DNA of 64,000 nt, taken from positions 222,394,001 to 222,458,000 of the forward strand of contig OZ024742.1 of NCBI GenBank assembly GCA_964016885.1. The letters run 5' to 3'. Source of the DNA: Eledone cirrhosa (lineage: Eukaryota). The notes below the pieces were generated by a model, which was not told the origin of the DNA, did no database searches, and saw only the letters and a program-made list of their open reading frames with translations. This document shows positions 24,160 through 36,409 of the stretch, piece after piece. Every line of letters starts with the position of its first letter. The first letter of the stretch is position 1. The translations under genes were made by a program, and so were the position numbers.

Positions 24160-27100
24160 TTTCTGCTGTTACACCAGCCTTTTTCTAGTGCAGTGTTCTC
24201 TCTTTCTAGCTGTTACACCAGCCTAGTTCTAGTGCAGCCCTCTCTCTCTTTCTAGCTGTTACACCAACCTAGTTCTAGTGCAGCCCTCTCTCTCTCTCTC
24301 TTTCTAGCTGTTACACCAGCCAAGTTCTAGTGCAGCCCTCTTCTCTTTCTAGCTGCTACACCAGCCTAGTTCTAGTGCAGCCCTCTCTCTCTTTATAGCT
24401 GTTACACCAGCCTAGTTCTAGTGCAGCCCTCTCTCTCTTTCTAGCTGTTACACCAGCCTAGTTCTAGTGCAGCCCTCTCTCTCTTTCTAGCTGTCACACC
24501 AGCCTAGTTCTAGTGCAGCCCTCTTCTCTTTTTCTAGCTGTCACACCAACCTAGGTCTAGCGCAGCCCTCTCTCTTTCTAGCTGTCACACCAACCTAGTT
24601 CTAGCGCAGCCCTCTCTCTTTCTAGCTGTCACACCAGCCTAGTTCTAGTGCAGCCCTCTTCTCTTTTTCTAGCTGTCACACCAACCTAGTTCTAGTGCAG
24701 CCCTCTCTCTCTTTCTAGCTGTCACACCAGCCTAGTTCTAGTGCAGCCCTCTCTCTCTTTCTAGCTGTCACACCAGCCTAGTTCTAGTGCAGCCCTCTCT
24801 CTCTTCCTAGCTGTTACACCAGCCTAGTTCTAGTGCAGCCCTCTCTCTTTCTAGCTGTCACACCAGCCTAGTTCTAGTGCAGCCCTCTTCTCTTTTTCTA
24901 GCTGTCACACCAACCTAGTTCTAGTGCAGCCCTCTCTCTCTTTCTAGCTGTCACACCAACCTAGTTCTAGTGCAGCCCTCTTCTCTTTCTAGCTGTCACA
25001 CCAACCTAGTTCTATTGCAGCCCTCTTCTCTTTCTAGCGGTCACACCAGCCTAGTTCTAGTGCAGCCCTCTCTCTCTTTCTAGCTGTCACACCAGCCTAG
25101 TTCTAGTGCAGCCCTCTCTCTCTTTCTAGCTGTCACACCAACCTAGTTCTAGTGCAGCCCTCTCTCTCTTTCTAGCTGTCACACCAACCTAGTTCTAGTG
25201 CAGCCCTCTTCTCTTTCTAGCTGCTACACCAGCCTAGTTCTAGTGCAGCCCTCTTCTCTTTCTAGCTGCTACACCAGCCTAGTTCTAGTGCAGCCCTCTT
25301 CTCTTTCTAGCTGCTACACCAGCCTAGTTCTAGTGCAGCCCTCTTCTCTTTCTAGCTGTTACACCAGCCTAGTTCTAGTGCAGCCCTCTCTCTCTTTCTA
25401 GCTGTCACACCAGCCTAGTTCTAGTGCAGCCCTCTCTCTCTTCCTAGCTGTTACACCAGCCTAGTTCTAGTGCAGCCCTCTCTCTCTTTCTAGCTGCTAC
25501 ACCAGCCTAGTTCTAGTGCAGCCCTCTTCTCTTTCTAGCTGTCACACCAGCCTAGTTCTAGTGCAGCCCTCTCGCTCTTTCTAGTTGTCACACCAGCCTA
25601 GTTCTAGTGCAGCCCTCTCTCTCTTTCTAGCTGTCACACCAGCCTAGTTCTAGTGCAGCCCTCTTCTCTTTCTAGCTGCTACACCAGCCTAGTTCTAGTG
25701 CAGCCCTCTCTCTCTTTCTAGCTGCTACACCAGCCTAGTTCTAGTGCAGCCCTCTTCTCTTTCTAGCTGTCACACCAGCCTAGTTCTAGTGCAGCCCTCT
25801 CTCTCTTTCTAGCTGTCACACCAGCCTAGTTCTAGTGCAGCCCTCTCTCTCTTTCTAGCTGTCACACCAGCCTAGTTCTAGTGCAGCCCTCTTCTCTTTC
25901 TAGCTGCTACACCAGCCTAGTTCTAGTGCAGCCCTCTCTCTCTTTCTAGCTGCTACACCAGCCTAGTTCTAGTGCAGCCCTCTTCTCTTTTTCTAGCTGT
26001 CACACCAACCTAGTTCTAGTGCAGCCCTCTCTCTCTTTCTAGCTGTCACACCAGCCTAGTTCTAGTGCAGCCCTCTCTCTTTCTAGCTGTCACACCAGCC
26101 TAGTTCTAGTGCAGCCCTCTTCTCTTTCTAGCTGTTACACCAGCCTAGTTCTAGTGCAGCCCTCTCTCTCTTTCTAGCTGTCACACCAGCCTAGTTCTAG
26201 TGCAGCCCTCTCTCTCTTCCTAGCTGTTACACCAGCCTAGTTCTAGTGCAGCCCTCTCTCTCTTTCTAGCTGTCACACCAGCCTAGTTCTAGTGCAGCCC
26301 TCTCTCTCTTTCTAGCTGTCACACCAACCTAGTTCTAGTGCAGCCCTCTCTCTCTTTCTAGCTGTCACACCAGCCTAGTTCTAGTGCAGCCCTCTTCTCT
26401 TTCTAGCTGTCACACCAGCCTAGTTCTAGTGCAGCCCTCTCTCTCTCTCTCTCTCTTTCTAGTGTAGCCCTCTCTCTCTTTCTAGCTGTCACACCAGCCT
26501 AGTTCTAGTGCAGCCCTCTCTCTTTCTAGCTGTCACACCAGCCTAGTTCTAGTGCAGCCCTCTCTCTCTCTCTCTCTTTCTAGTGTAGCCCTCGCTCTCT
26601 TCCTAGCTGTCACACCAGCCTAGTTCTAGTGCAGCCCTCTCTCTCTCTCTCTCTCTTTCTAGTGCAGCCCTCTCTCTTTTTAACTGTTACAGCAGCCTTC
26701 TTTTGGTGCAGCCCTCTCTCTCTTTCTAGCTGTCACACCAGCCTAGTTCTAGTGCAGCCATCTCTCTCTTTCTAGCTGTCACACCAACCTAGTTCTAGTG
26801 CAGCCCTCTCTCTCTTTCTAGCTGTCACACCAGCCTAGTTCTAGTGCAGCCCTCTCTCTCTTTCTAGCTGTCACACCAGCCTAGTTCTAGTGCAGCCTTC
26901 TCTTTCTAGCTGTCACACCAGCCTAGTTCTAGTGCAGCCTTCTCTCTTTCTAGCTGTCACACCAGCCTAGTTCTAGTGCAGCCTTCTCTTTCTTTCTAGC
27001 TGTCACACCAGCCTAGTTCTAGTGCAGCCTTCTCTTTCTTTCTAGCTGTCACACCAGCCTAGTTCTAGTGCAGCCTTCTCTCTCTTTCTAGCTGTCACAC

Positions 27101-28465
27101 CAACCTAGTTCTAGTGCAGCCCTCTTCTCTTTCTAGCTGTCACACCAACCTAGTTCTAGTGCAGCCCTCTTCTCTTTCTAGCTGTCACACCAGCCTAGTT
27201 CTAGTGCAGCCCTCTTCTCTTTCTAGCTGTCACACCAACCTAGTTCTAGTGCAGCCCTCTCTCTCTTTCTAGCTGTCACACCAGCCTAGTTCTAGTGCAG
27301 CCCTCTTCTCTTTCTAGCTGTCACACCAGCCTAATTCTAGTGCAGCCCTCTCTCTCTTTCTAGCTGTCACACCAGCCTAGTTCTAGTGCAGCCCTCTCTC
27401 TCTTTTTAGCTGTCACACCAGCCTAGTTCTAGTGCAGCCTTCTCTCTTTCTAGCTGTCACACCAGCCTAGTTCTAGTGCAGCCCCTTCTCTCTCTTTCTA
27501 GCTGTCACACCAGCCTAGTTCTAGTGCAGCCCTCTTCTCTTTCTAGCTGTCACACCAGCCTAGTTCTAGTGCAGCCCTCTCTCTTTCTAGCTGTCACACC
27601 AGCCTAGTTCTAGTGCAGCCCTCTCTCTCTTTCTAGCTGTCACACCAGCCTAGTTCTAGTGCAGCCCTCTCTCTCTTTCTAGCTGCTACACCAGCCTAGT
27701 TCTAGTGCAGCCCCTTCTCTCTCTTTCTAGCTGTCACACCAGCCTAGTTCTAGTGCAGCCCTCTTCTCTTTCTAGCTGTCACACCAGCCTAGTTCTAGTG
27801 CAGGCCTCTCTCTCTTTCTAGCTGTCACACCAACCTAGTTCTAGTGCAGCCCTCTCTCTCTTTCTAGCTGCTACACCAGCCTAGTTCTAGTGCAGCCCCT
27901 TCTCTCTCTTTCTAGCTGTCACACCAGCCTAGTTCTAGTGCAGCCCTCTTCTCTTTCTAGCTGTCACACCAGCCTAGTTCTAGTGCAGGCCTCTCTCTCT
28001 TTCTAGCTGTCACACCAGCCTAGTTCTAGTGCAGCCCTCTTCTCTTTCTAGCTGTCACACCAGCCTAGTTCTAGTGCAGCCCCTTCTCTCTCTTTCTAGC
28101 TGTCACACCAGCCTAGTTCTAGTGCAGCCCTCTTCTCTTTCTAGCTGTCACACCAGCCTAGTTCTAGTGCAGCCCCTTCTCTCTCTTTCTAGCTGTCACA
28201 CCAGCCTAGTTCTAGTGCAGCCTTCTCTCTCTTTCTAGCTGTCACACCAACCTAGTTCTAGTGCAGCCCTCTCTCTCTTTCTAGCTGTCACACCAGCCTA
28301 GTTCTAGTGCAGCCCTCTCTCTTTCTAGCTGTCACACCAGCCTAGTTCTAGTGCAGCCCTCTCTCTTTCTAGCTGTCACACTAACCTAGTTCTAGTGCAG
28401 CCCTCTCTCTTTCTAGCTGTCACACCAGCCTTCTTTTGGTGCAGCCTTCTCTCTTTCTAGCTGCC
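24160..28465 (+). repeat. Tandem array of 44-48-bp units (roughly 90 copies)
   Basis: Consensus tagctgtcacaccagcctagttctagtgcagccctctctctctttc. Length variation is confined to the CT tract. Confidence 0.97.
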
Positions 28466-28704
28466 AAGCAAAAGTAATGCAGTTGCTATTATAGTTGTTG
28501 TAGTTGTAGTTGTAGTTATATTCACAGATGTGAAACTAAAGTAGTGCAGTTGCTGTTGTTGTTACATCTACTGATGCCAAGCTAGGGCAGTAAAGAGGTA
28601 GCAGATTACAGTAATGCCTTCATGGGAAGTTAAAATGAAGAGAAATATTTTTCTCACCTACTTTAGTAATATATATGTGTGTGTGTGTGGGGGGGGGGGG
28701 GGTT

Positions 28705-28777
28705 GCTGTCGCACAAAAATGTATACATATTTATTAGAATGCTGTTGAAGTGTGAATATATTTTTGGGTACACCCTG
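28705..28777. mobile_element. Tc1/mariner-type MITE, left end decayed
   Basis: Homologous to 5379-5457 and 49974-50050, ending acaccctg|TA. Confidence 0.7.
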
Positions 28778-28884
28778 TATATACATATATAAGCTTTAAA
28801 GAGAATCAAGGAAATGAGGTCAACAATGAAGATGGCAAATTATAAACCTTCAATGTTTTTATAAATATACCATTAAGGATTGGA

Positions 28885-29116
28885 TATACTACTACCACCA
28901 CCATCTCCGTCACCATTAACATCGCCATTAAAGATTGGATACACTACTACTACTACTACCACCACTATCATCATCATCATCATCAGTACCACTACAATTA
29001 AGAATTGGGTATTTCACTGCTGCTTCTACTACTTCCATCACCACCATCAACATCATCATCATCATCATCATCCACACCATTACCACAACCACCATCACTA
29101 CTACTACTACTACTAT
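28885..29116. repeat. Mixed (CAC/CAT/TAC)n low-complexity region
   Basis: Trinucleotide runs with a thrice-repeated attaa..attgg.ta spacer. Confidence 0.85.
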
Positions 29117-29394
29117 AGGATTATATCTGGAAATAGGAACCTGTTACATATGGTTTTTTTCTTTTTTTCATTTTATTTATATCTTTCTATGTTCCAGTGT
29201 TTGGTGTTCTTCAGGAATAATTGTCTCAAGTTTTATCTGTTGAAGACATATCTCCTCTTAGATTCCATACTGTTTAGCTGGTGTGAAAGAGAATTATGTT
29301 ATGGGTACATATCTCTGTAGAATACTCAGCTATTTGCATAATCATACAAAAGAGGATTCTACTTGTAATTCAAAAGTCTAACTTTGTTACATTA

Positions 29395-29722
29395 GATCCT
29401 GCTGAGGTTAGCTTTGCCTTTCATCTTTACAGGATCAACAAAATAAAGCACCAGTAATGCACTAGGGTCGATTTAATCATCTTTCCTCTCCCCTTAAATT
29501 GTTGGCCTTGTGCCTAAATCAGAAACCATTATAATACGGGTGGTGGATTGGCAGTATCGGTAGAGGGTGAGACACCATGCTTTCCAGCATAGAGTTACGG
29601 TCCTTGCCATTCTGAGTTCAAATCCCGCCGAGGTTAACTTTGCCTTTCATCCTTACAGATAAAATAAAGTACCAGTAATGTACTGGGTAATTGCTGGCCT
29701 TGTGCCAAAAGTAGAAACAATT
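29395..29722 (+). mobile_element. Two tandem family B SINEs
   Basis: A truncated copy at 29395-29530 and a full copy at 29537-29722. Confidence 0.8.
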
Positions 29723-29845
29723 ATAATACAAAGATCATTATAGTTCAAAGATCGATCCTTGTCACAGATTGTGTGACACTGATTCTACCTGGGAATTACA
29801 TTAATAGTACAGGTGTCTGTGGAATACACAGTCACATACATTTAA

Positions 29846-30053
29846 CCCATTTAGCATTTAAACCAGCCGTATCTGGCCAGAATTCGCTCACCTCTTTCTG
29901 TTCAAACCGGCTGTATCCGGCCACTTATACTGACGTTAAGGTATGGTTCTCAAAATAAATAATATCAAAATCTCGCAGATTCGATATTATGTGAGATAAA
30001 CCGTTACCATGAAAATATAATAGTATATATAAAGTAATGTAAATGCTAAAGGG
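29846..30053 (+). mobile_element. TTAA-type (piggyBac-like) MITE
   Basis: ttaa|cccatttagcattta ... taaatgctaaaggg|ctaa. Confidence 0.75.
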
Positions 30054-30290
30054 CTAAAACATTAGAGAAATCTCCTATAAGATGCAACCTAAACATACTT
30101 AGGTGTGAGCTGTAATAACAACAACAATAATAATTTTCCAGTGTCTAATGTTTTTGGCAATAATTGTGAAAGTTTTATCTGTTAAAAACATGTATGTCCC
30201 TCTAACATTTGATACAGGTTAGCTGGTGTGAAGGAGGATTATATTAAGAGTACACGTGTCTGTGGAATGTTCAGTCACTTACATAATAAT

Positions 30291-30508
30291 TGTTTCTGAT
30301 TTAAGCACAAGGCCAGCAATTTGAAGGGGAGGGGGAAGTCAATTAAATCAACCCCAGTGCATTACTGGTACTTTATTTTATCAACCCCATAATGATAAAA
30401 GGCAAAAGTAACCTCAGCGGGATTTGAACTCAGAATGTAAAGGACCGTAACTCTCTGCTGGAAAACATGGCGTCCGACCCTCTACCGATACTGCCAATCC
30501 ACCGCCCT
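30291..30508 (-). mobile_element. Family B SINE with 18-bp TSD
   Basis: TSD agtcacttacataataat at 30273-30290 and 30509-30526. Confidence 0.9.
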
Positions 30509-30686
30509 AGTCACTTACATAATAATACAAGTAATGTACCTGTAAGGTCCAACCTTGTCATATATTGTGTCATGTTGATTTTTACTTGTGAATTATATTA
30601 GTGGTACATATATCTCTGGAATACTCAGCCATTCACACCTTTAATAACTTTCTCATTAATAATTTGGTATTTAGAACATAACTTAA

Positions 30687-31001
30687 CCCTTTAGCATTTA
30701 AACCGGCCATATCTGGCCAGAATTCTCTCACCTTTTTCTGTTCAAACTGGCTGTAACTGGCTGCTCATATTGACATTAATGTATTGTTCTCAAAATAAAT
30801 AACATCAAAATTCTCTCACTTCACTTCTTTCTGTTCAAACCGGTCGTAACCGGTCACTCATACTGATGTTAAGGCATTGTTTTCAAAATAAATAATTTCA
30901 AAATCTTGTAGCTTCAATATTTTGTGAGATAATTATGTAAAATAAAGCCTTTACCACAAAAAAACAATAGTATATATAGAGTAATGTAAATGCTTAAAGG
31001 A
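30687..31001 (+). mobile_element. TTAA-type MITE with an internal duplication of about 95 bp
   Basis: ttaa|ccctttagcattta ... taaatgcttaaagga|ttaa. The segment ttctctcac..ctgttcaaac..aaataaataa..tcaaaat occurs twice. Confidence 0.75.
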
Positions 31002-32019
31002 TTAAGAAAAGAATCGTACATAAAATTACAAAATGCTTATATTTATCTAAAACCCTTCCATTATGATTTTATGGAAGAACTTTTTCTTAAGTTATGTTCC
31101 AAACACCAGATTATTAATGAGAACATTAATTATATTACTAAATCTGTTTGAATTCTTGATTGTTTTCAAAATTGATTGGAAATCATAGGCAGTGTGTTTC
31201 AATAGTAAATATGGTTATGGAATGGTTAAAGAAATGGTAGGTGATGATAACAGATTTCAATGGCTTTTATTAAAACCCTGTGAAGGGGCTTAAAGTTTCA
31301 TAGATGATCCTCCACTTTCTCTGTCTCTCTCCCTCCTCGCTCTCTTCATTTTCTCCCTTACCTTCTGTAAACAGTAAAGAACAGTTACATTCTCCACACA
31401 CACACACACTCTCACTCACACACACACACAGTTAGATACACAAACTATCAAATATAAACATTTTGTTTGAAACATTTGGTTTTCTTTACAAACAAAAATC
31501 TCTTCATTTTCTAAAAAGAAAAACAACTTTTAACCAAATGGAACAAAAATAAAAACCTGATCTTTTATATATGAGACAATTTGGCACCTTGTGGAAATTG
31601 GCAGTTTTACTTAAGTGTAGACATTGCATTAAACAGCAGTTAGAAGACTAAGAGAATGTGTAAACTTTCACAGCTGCTATCAATGTTGTGTATTCGCTAC
31701 ACTACAGCTACAGTTATATAGCTGTTTGTGGGAAGATTAAAAAAAAATACCTTTATGTTTATCAATAATAACTTTAGCTTGATGTTAGTGTTGGCTTACT
31801 TAATAATAGAAACAATAACAATAACTACCACAGTATATCAGTAACAATAGCCACAGCAACAACAATAACAACTATAACTAAATAAAACTGGCCATGTGTT
31901 CTAAATCATTGTTTACTTAAATCGATAATGATACAAGACACTACAAGGACAAAGGCATCACAACACAAAGGTTTACATCAAGAAAAGAAGTCATCACTGA
32001 AAAAAGAAAAAAATGATAA

Positions 32020-32900
32020 TTGTTTCTATTTTTGGCAGAAGGCCAGCAATACCTCAGTGCATTACTGGTACCTTATTTTACTGACCCCGTAAGGATGAAA
32101 GGCAAAGTTAACTTTGGCGGGATTTGAACGCAGACCGTAAAGGGCCGTAACTCTATGCTGCAAGGCATGGCGTCTGACTCTACCGATACTGCCAATAGTA
32201 ATCATTTCTACTTTTAACATATGACCAGTAATTTGAAGGGAAAGGGAAAGTCGATTAAATCGACCCCCAGTGCATTATTGGTACTTTATTTTATTGACCC
32301 CCATAAGGGTGAAAGGCAAAGCTAACCTCGACGGGATTTGAACGTAAAGGGCCATAACTCTGTCGCGAACATGTTGCCCGACACTCTACCAATAATAATA
32401 ATAATTTCATTTATTTTCCACAAGATCACCAAATGATTAGAACAATACAAGTTACATAGAGTAAGGGGTGTGTACAAGGATCAGATAATGATTGGGAGGA
32501 AGAAAGATGAAATGATAACAGTTTCAAATTTAGACCCAAAGCCAGCAATTTGGGGAAAGAAGAAGTCAGTTACATCAATCACAGTACTTGACTGGTATTG
32601 TTTTATCAACCACCCTCCTCCTCCCTCTCCTTCCCTGGAAGAATGAAAAACAAAGTTGACCTGAATGTAAAGACCCAGAAAACATGAAGCAAAGGCTTTT
32701 ATTCAAGATATAATATTGTTATATTTGGGGAGGTAATAACTTTGTCTAATTTAGGCATGAGACAAGTAATTTGGGCGAAGGGGAACTGAATAAATTGACT
32801 TCAGTACTTGGCTGGTACTTTATTTTATCGACTCCTGGAAAGATAAAAGGCAAAGTTGACCTTAGATTTGAAATCAGAGAGCAGCATATTGGAATGAATA
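32020..32900 (-). mobile_element. Cluster of about four family B SINEs of different ages
   Basis: Repeated ggccagcaat..actggta..ttatttta..aaaggcaaagtt motifs. Confidence 0.7.
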
Positions 32901-33717
32901 CTGTAAAGCATTCTATTCAAACTCTAATGTTTATGTCAATCAACCAGCCTTCCAAGATATTATAATAACAGAAAATTTGAGAGAGCTATTATAAACATAT
33001 TTGAAAGGGTACCTTTATTTTGGACAACAGGTAAAGGTAGGGGAATGAGCTGAAATAAAACATAAAACAGCAGGAGAAAGCTGATGATATACATAACCAT
33101 CTTTAAATACACATTTAGTTTACATGGAATGAGGGAAGACACATTTCTGTTTTATAAGAAATGAAACAAAACTATACCATCTTTAAATACATATTTAGTT
33201 TATTTGGAATGAGGGGAGGCACAGTATTGTTTTATAAGAAATGAAACAGAACAGTACCAGCTTTAAGATATCAACTCTAACAGAGTGCTGCCTACTTGTA
33301 GAAATCAAATTTAGATATTTCAGGTATATTTGATTTATTCTTTAATTTTTCTTTACATTTACATGTCATATGGTTAATCTCATTCAAATGTCAAGCACTT
33401 TCAAGTTGTTATAAACTGCTTCTGTTACATTCTATAAAACCTATAATTTAACTTCTGTAAGGCTGAAGCAATAATAATGTTTCACTAGATTTTTCCTTTC
33501 TTGTTTTCACAAATCTATTGATCCGCTTTAATCCTGTTAAACATACATTCCTTTGTGTCATGTCCAACTTTTATCCATTCCAACTCTTAAAAAAAATGGT
33601 TCTGTTTAAATATTAGTTCTCCATATTGGTACAAATCCACAGATTTTAGAATAGAAATATTGCCGATTGAATCAACCTTGTTACTGATTTATATTATTAT
33701 TGTTGTTATTAATGCTA

Positions 33718-34120
33718 TGGAGGATTGGCAGAATTGGTAGAGCATCGGACAACATGGTTTGCAGTATAGAGTTACAGGCCTTTAAAATCCTGCCAAGGTT
33801 AGCTTTGCCTTCCATCCTTACAGGGTTGATAAAATAAAGTACCAGTCACTCACTGGAGTCAATTTCATCAACTTTCCCCTCCCCCCAAATTACTGGCCTG
33901 TGCCTAAATAAAAAACCATTATTATTATTAATGCTAAGGTCAGCAGATTGGCTGAATTATTAGTCTTCGGGAAAAGGCTTTTCAGTATTGGTTCTGTCTC
34001 TTTACAACTTTACCTTTTTCACCTTTCTGGAGTCGATAGAATAAAGTAGTAGTTAAGTACTGGAGTTGATTTAATTGTCTGACTCCTTTCTTCAGAATTG
34101 CTGTCCTTTTGCCTAAATTA
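33718..34120 (+). mobile_element. Two family B SINEs
   Basis: gattggc.gaatt...gata.aataaagta..agt...tgcctaaat occurs twice. Confidence 0.7.
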
Positions 34121-34149
34121 AAAAATATTATATAATAAGTGCATTTTAT

Positions 34150-34372
34150 TGTGGCAACTGCACTGCCACATTACAGGGTTGACTGGGTGTATTTTTTTTT
34201 GTAGCTTCAGCACTACCACTTTACAAAGTGAATTGGGTGTGCATTATCATGGCACTGACACAACTATTTTACAAAGTATACTGGGTGCTTTTTATCATGG
34301 CACCATCACTGTCACTTTACAGAGTGTACTGAATGTGGTTTTTCATGGCACCAGCACTGCCATTTTATAGCT
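34150..34372 (+). repeat. About five decayed copies of the 47-bp SINE internal unit
   Basis: Repeated tggcac..cact.ccactttaca.agtg.actgggtg.tttt, homologous to the unit of the 55-59 kb array. Confidence 0.65.
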
Positions 34373-35011
34373 GGAGATATATACATTTAGTGTACAACTC
34401 ACTTAAAATATATATCTCACCAAAGTATATATCTCATTTACTTTTATAAATATATATATATATGTATATATATGTGTGTGTGTATAGGGAGAGAGAGAAA
34501 GGGAGATATATACACAGACTGTAGAAGGCAGTGAATTGAGGTCAACTTTGCCTTTCAGCTGCAGAAATTATGCCAACAAAAGGTCAAGAAGACTCTTTAA
34601 TTGTGTCAAGGACACAACAACCTCCCTAGTTTTGATGATTTATACAATAAATGCACACAGTAAACTCTATAAAGTGACTCTAGTGTTAGTGTTACAATAA
34701 AGTACACTCAGTAGAGTGCAAGGACATAAGCAACTTGAGCACTGAGTAATGTGCTGGGATGTATGTAAGCAAGATTCAAGCCCCTGGCATATCTGAGCAC
34801 TCGGTAGAGTGCAGGAACATATGTAAGTGAGATGCAGGCTCCTGGTCCATCTGAGAGATCAGAAGCTTCTCATCAGTATTGACTTGGCAGGATTTGAACT
34901 CAGATCATAAAGAGCTGGAACAAATGCTGCAAAGCATTCAATCTGACTTTCTAATGACTCTGCCAATTCACTACCTTAGATAATAAAAATACTATAAAAT
35001 AAACAGTTGTG

Positions 35012-35463
35012 TAGCACCCAGTCCTCTTTGTAATGGGGGTTATGTAGAAGTCACAACAAAAATCACAGTCCACACTCTAAAGTGGTCATGTCGGCAACAC
35101 AACAAAAAGTGCCCAGTCCCCACTGTAAAGTGGTCATGTCAGTGACATGACAAAAATTCTCAGTCTACACTAATGTGGTCATGTCGGCAACACAACAAAA
35201 AGTGCCCAGTCCCCACTGTAAAGTGGTCATGTCGGTGACACAACAAAAAGTGCCCAGTCTATGCTGTAAAGTGGTCGTGTAGGTGACACGATAAAAAGCA
35301 CCAAGCACACACTGTAAATGTTGTTAGGAAGGGTATCCAGAAACTAAGCCAAAATCAGCCCTAGATGAACGAAACACGGTCCTCTGACTTGATTCTCTCC
35401 CAAAGGGTCAGTCCATCCTACCTATGCTAGCATGTTAAATGATGATGATGATGATGTTGATGA
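35012..35463 (+). mobile_element. Family A-related SINE 3' half with about six tandem 47-bp units
   Basis: Repeated acaaaaagtgcccagtccccactgtaaagtggtcatgtcggtgacac, then gttaggaagggtatccag and an RTE-like end with (GAT)n. Confidence 0.8.
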
Positions 35464-36188
35464 AATAGGGGTGGTTTCAGGTGGTTTACTATCAGAGAAT
35501 GTATCTTACACTCAAATGACTTGACCAATTCACCACTTATCCTACAAACACTCCTTACAAAAAATTGTAACATCTTTGAATATCAGATAAATATCTCCCT
35601 GACTCCACCACCATATACCTCTTTGCCACTTCTAATTAATTAAAAGTATTCATTAAGCATTCTGAATAATCTAGTACTGGAGATGAGAAATTAGTTATTG
35701 AAAGAAAGAATATAAGAAATATAAATAAAATTATTTTTTTGTTGTTTAATTCATATAATTTTAGCAAATTAATCAAATCTACACATGTTGGAACAATGTG
35801 ATTGGAGGTGGGGGGGGGGGGGGGGGGTCAGACACACACCTGCATGGAAATCAAATAGTTAAGTGATGATGAACAGTGTGGTGTTGTTCTTAAATGCCAT
35901 AATTCATAATTTTAATAAACTAATCAAATAAATATTTGTTGTGACAATGTGATTATTTTAAGACTAATTATTGGGAGGAGGGGGTATCCAGACACGCCTT
36001 CTGCATGAAAATCAAATAGTTAAATGATGATAATGTGTGTGTGTATGAAGGCATGTTGCTTAGTGGTTAGGTTGTTTGGATCACTATTGTAAAGTTATGA
36101 GTTTGATTCCTAGTGGTGCATTGTATCCTTCCTCAGTTGTACCTGAAGTTCATACACTGTCACACTGAATCTGCATAAACTACATTAA

Positions 36189-36409
36189 CCCTTTAGCATT
36201 TACATTACTCTATATTTACTACTGTATTTTCATGGTAAAAGCTTTACCTCACATAATTATCTCACATAGTATCGAATCTACAAGATTTTAATGTTATTTA
36301 TTTTGAGAACAATACTTTAATGTAAGTATGAGCAGCCAGTTACAGCTGGTTTGAGCAGAAAGAAGTGAGAGAGTTCTGGTCGGATACAGTTGGTTTAAAT
36401 GCTAACAGG
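36189..36409 (-). mobile_element. TTAA-type MITE
   Basis: ttaa|ccctttagcatttacattac ... tttaaatgctaacagg|ttga. Reverse of 60214-60423. Confidence 0.75.

Noticed and set aside
25198-28238. Repetitive ORFs (SSCYTSLVLVQP)n
   Set aside because: Open only where neighbouring units happen to be 45 or 48 bp. The frame is not maintained across the array.
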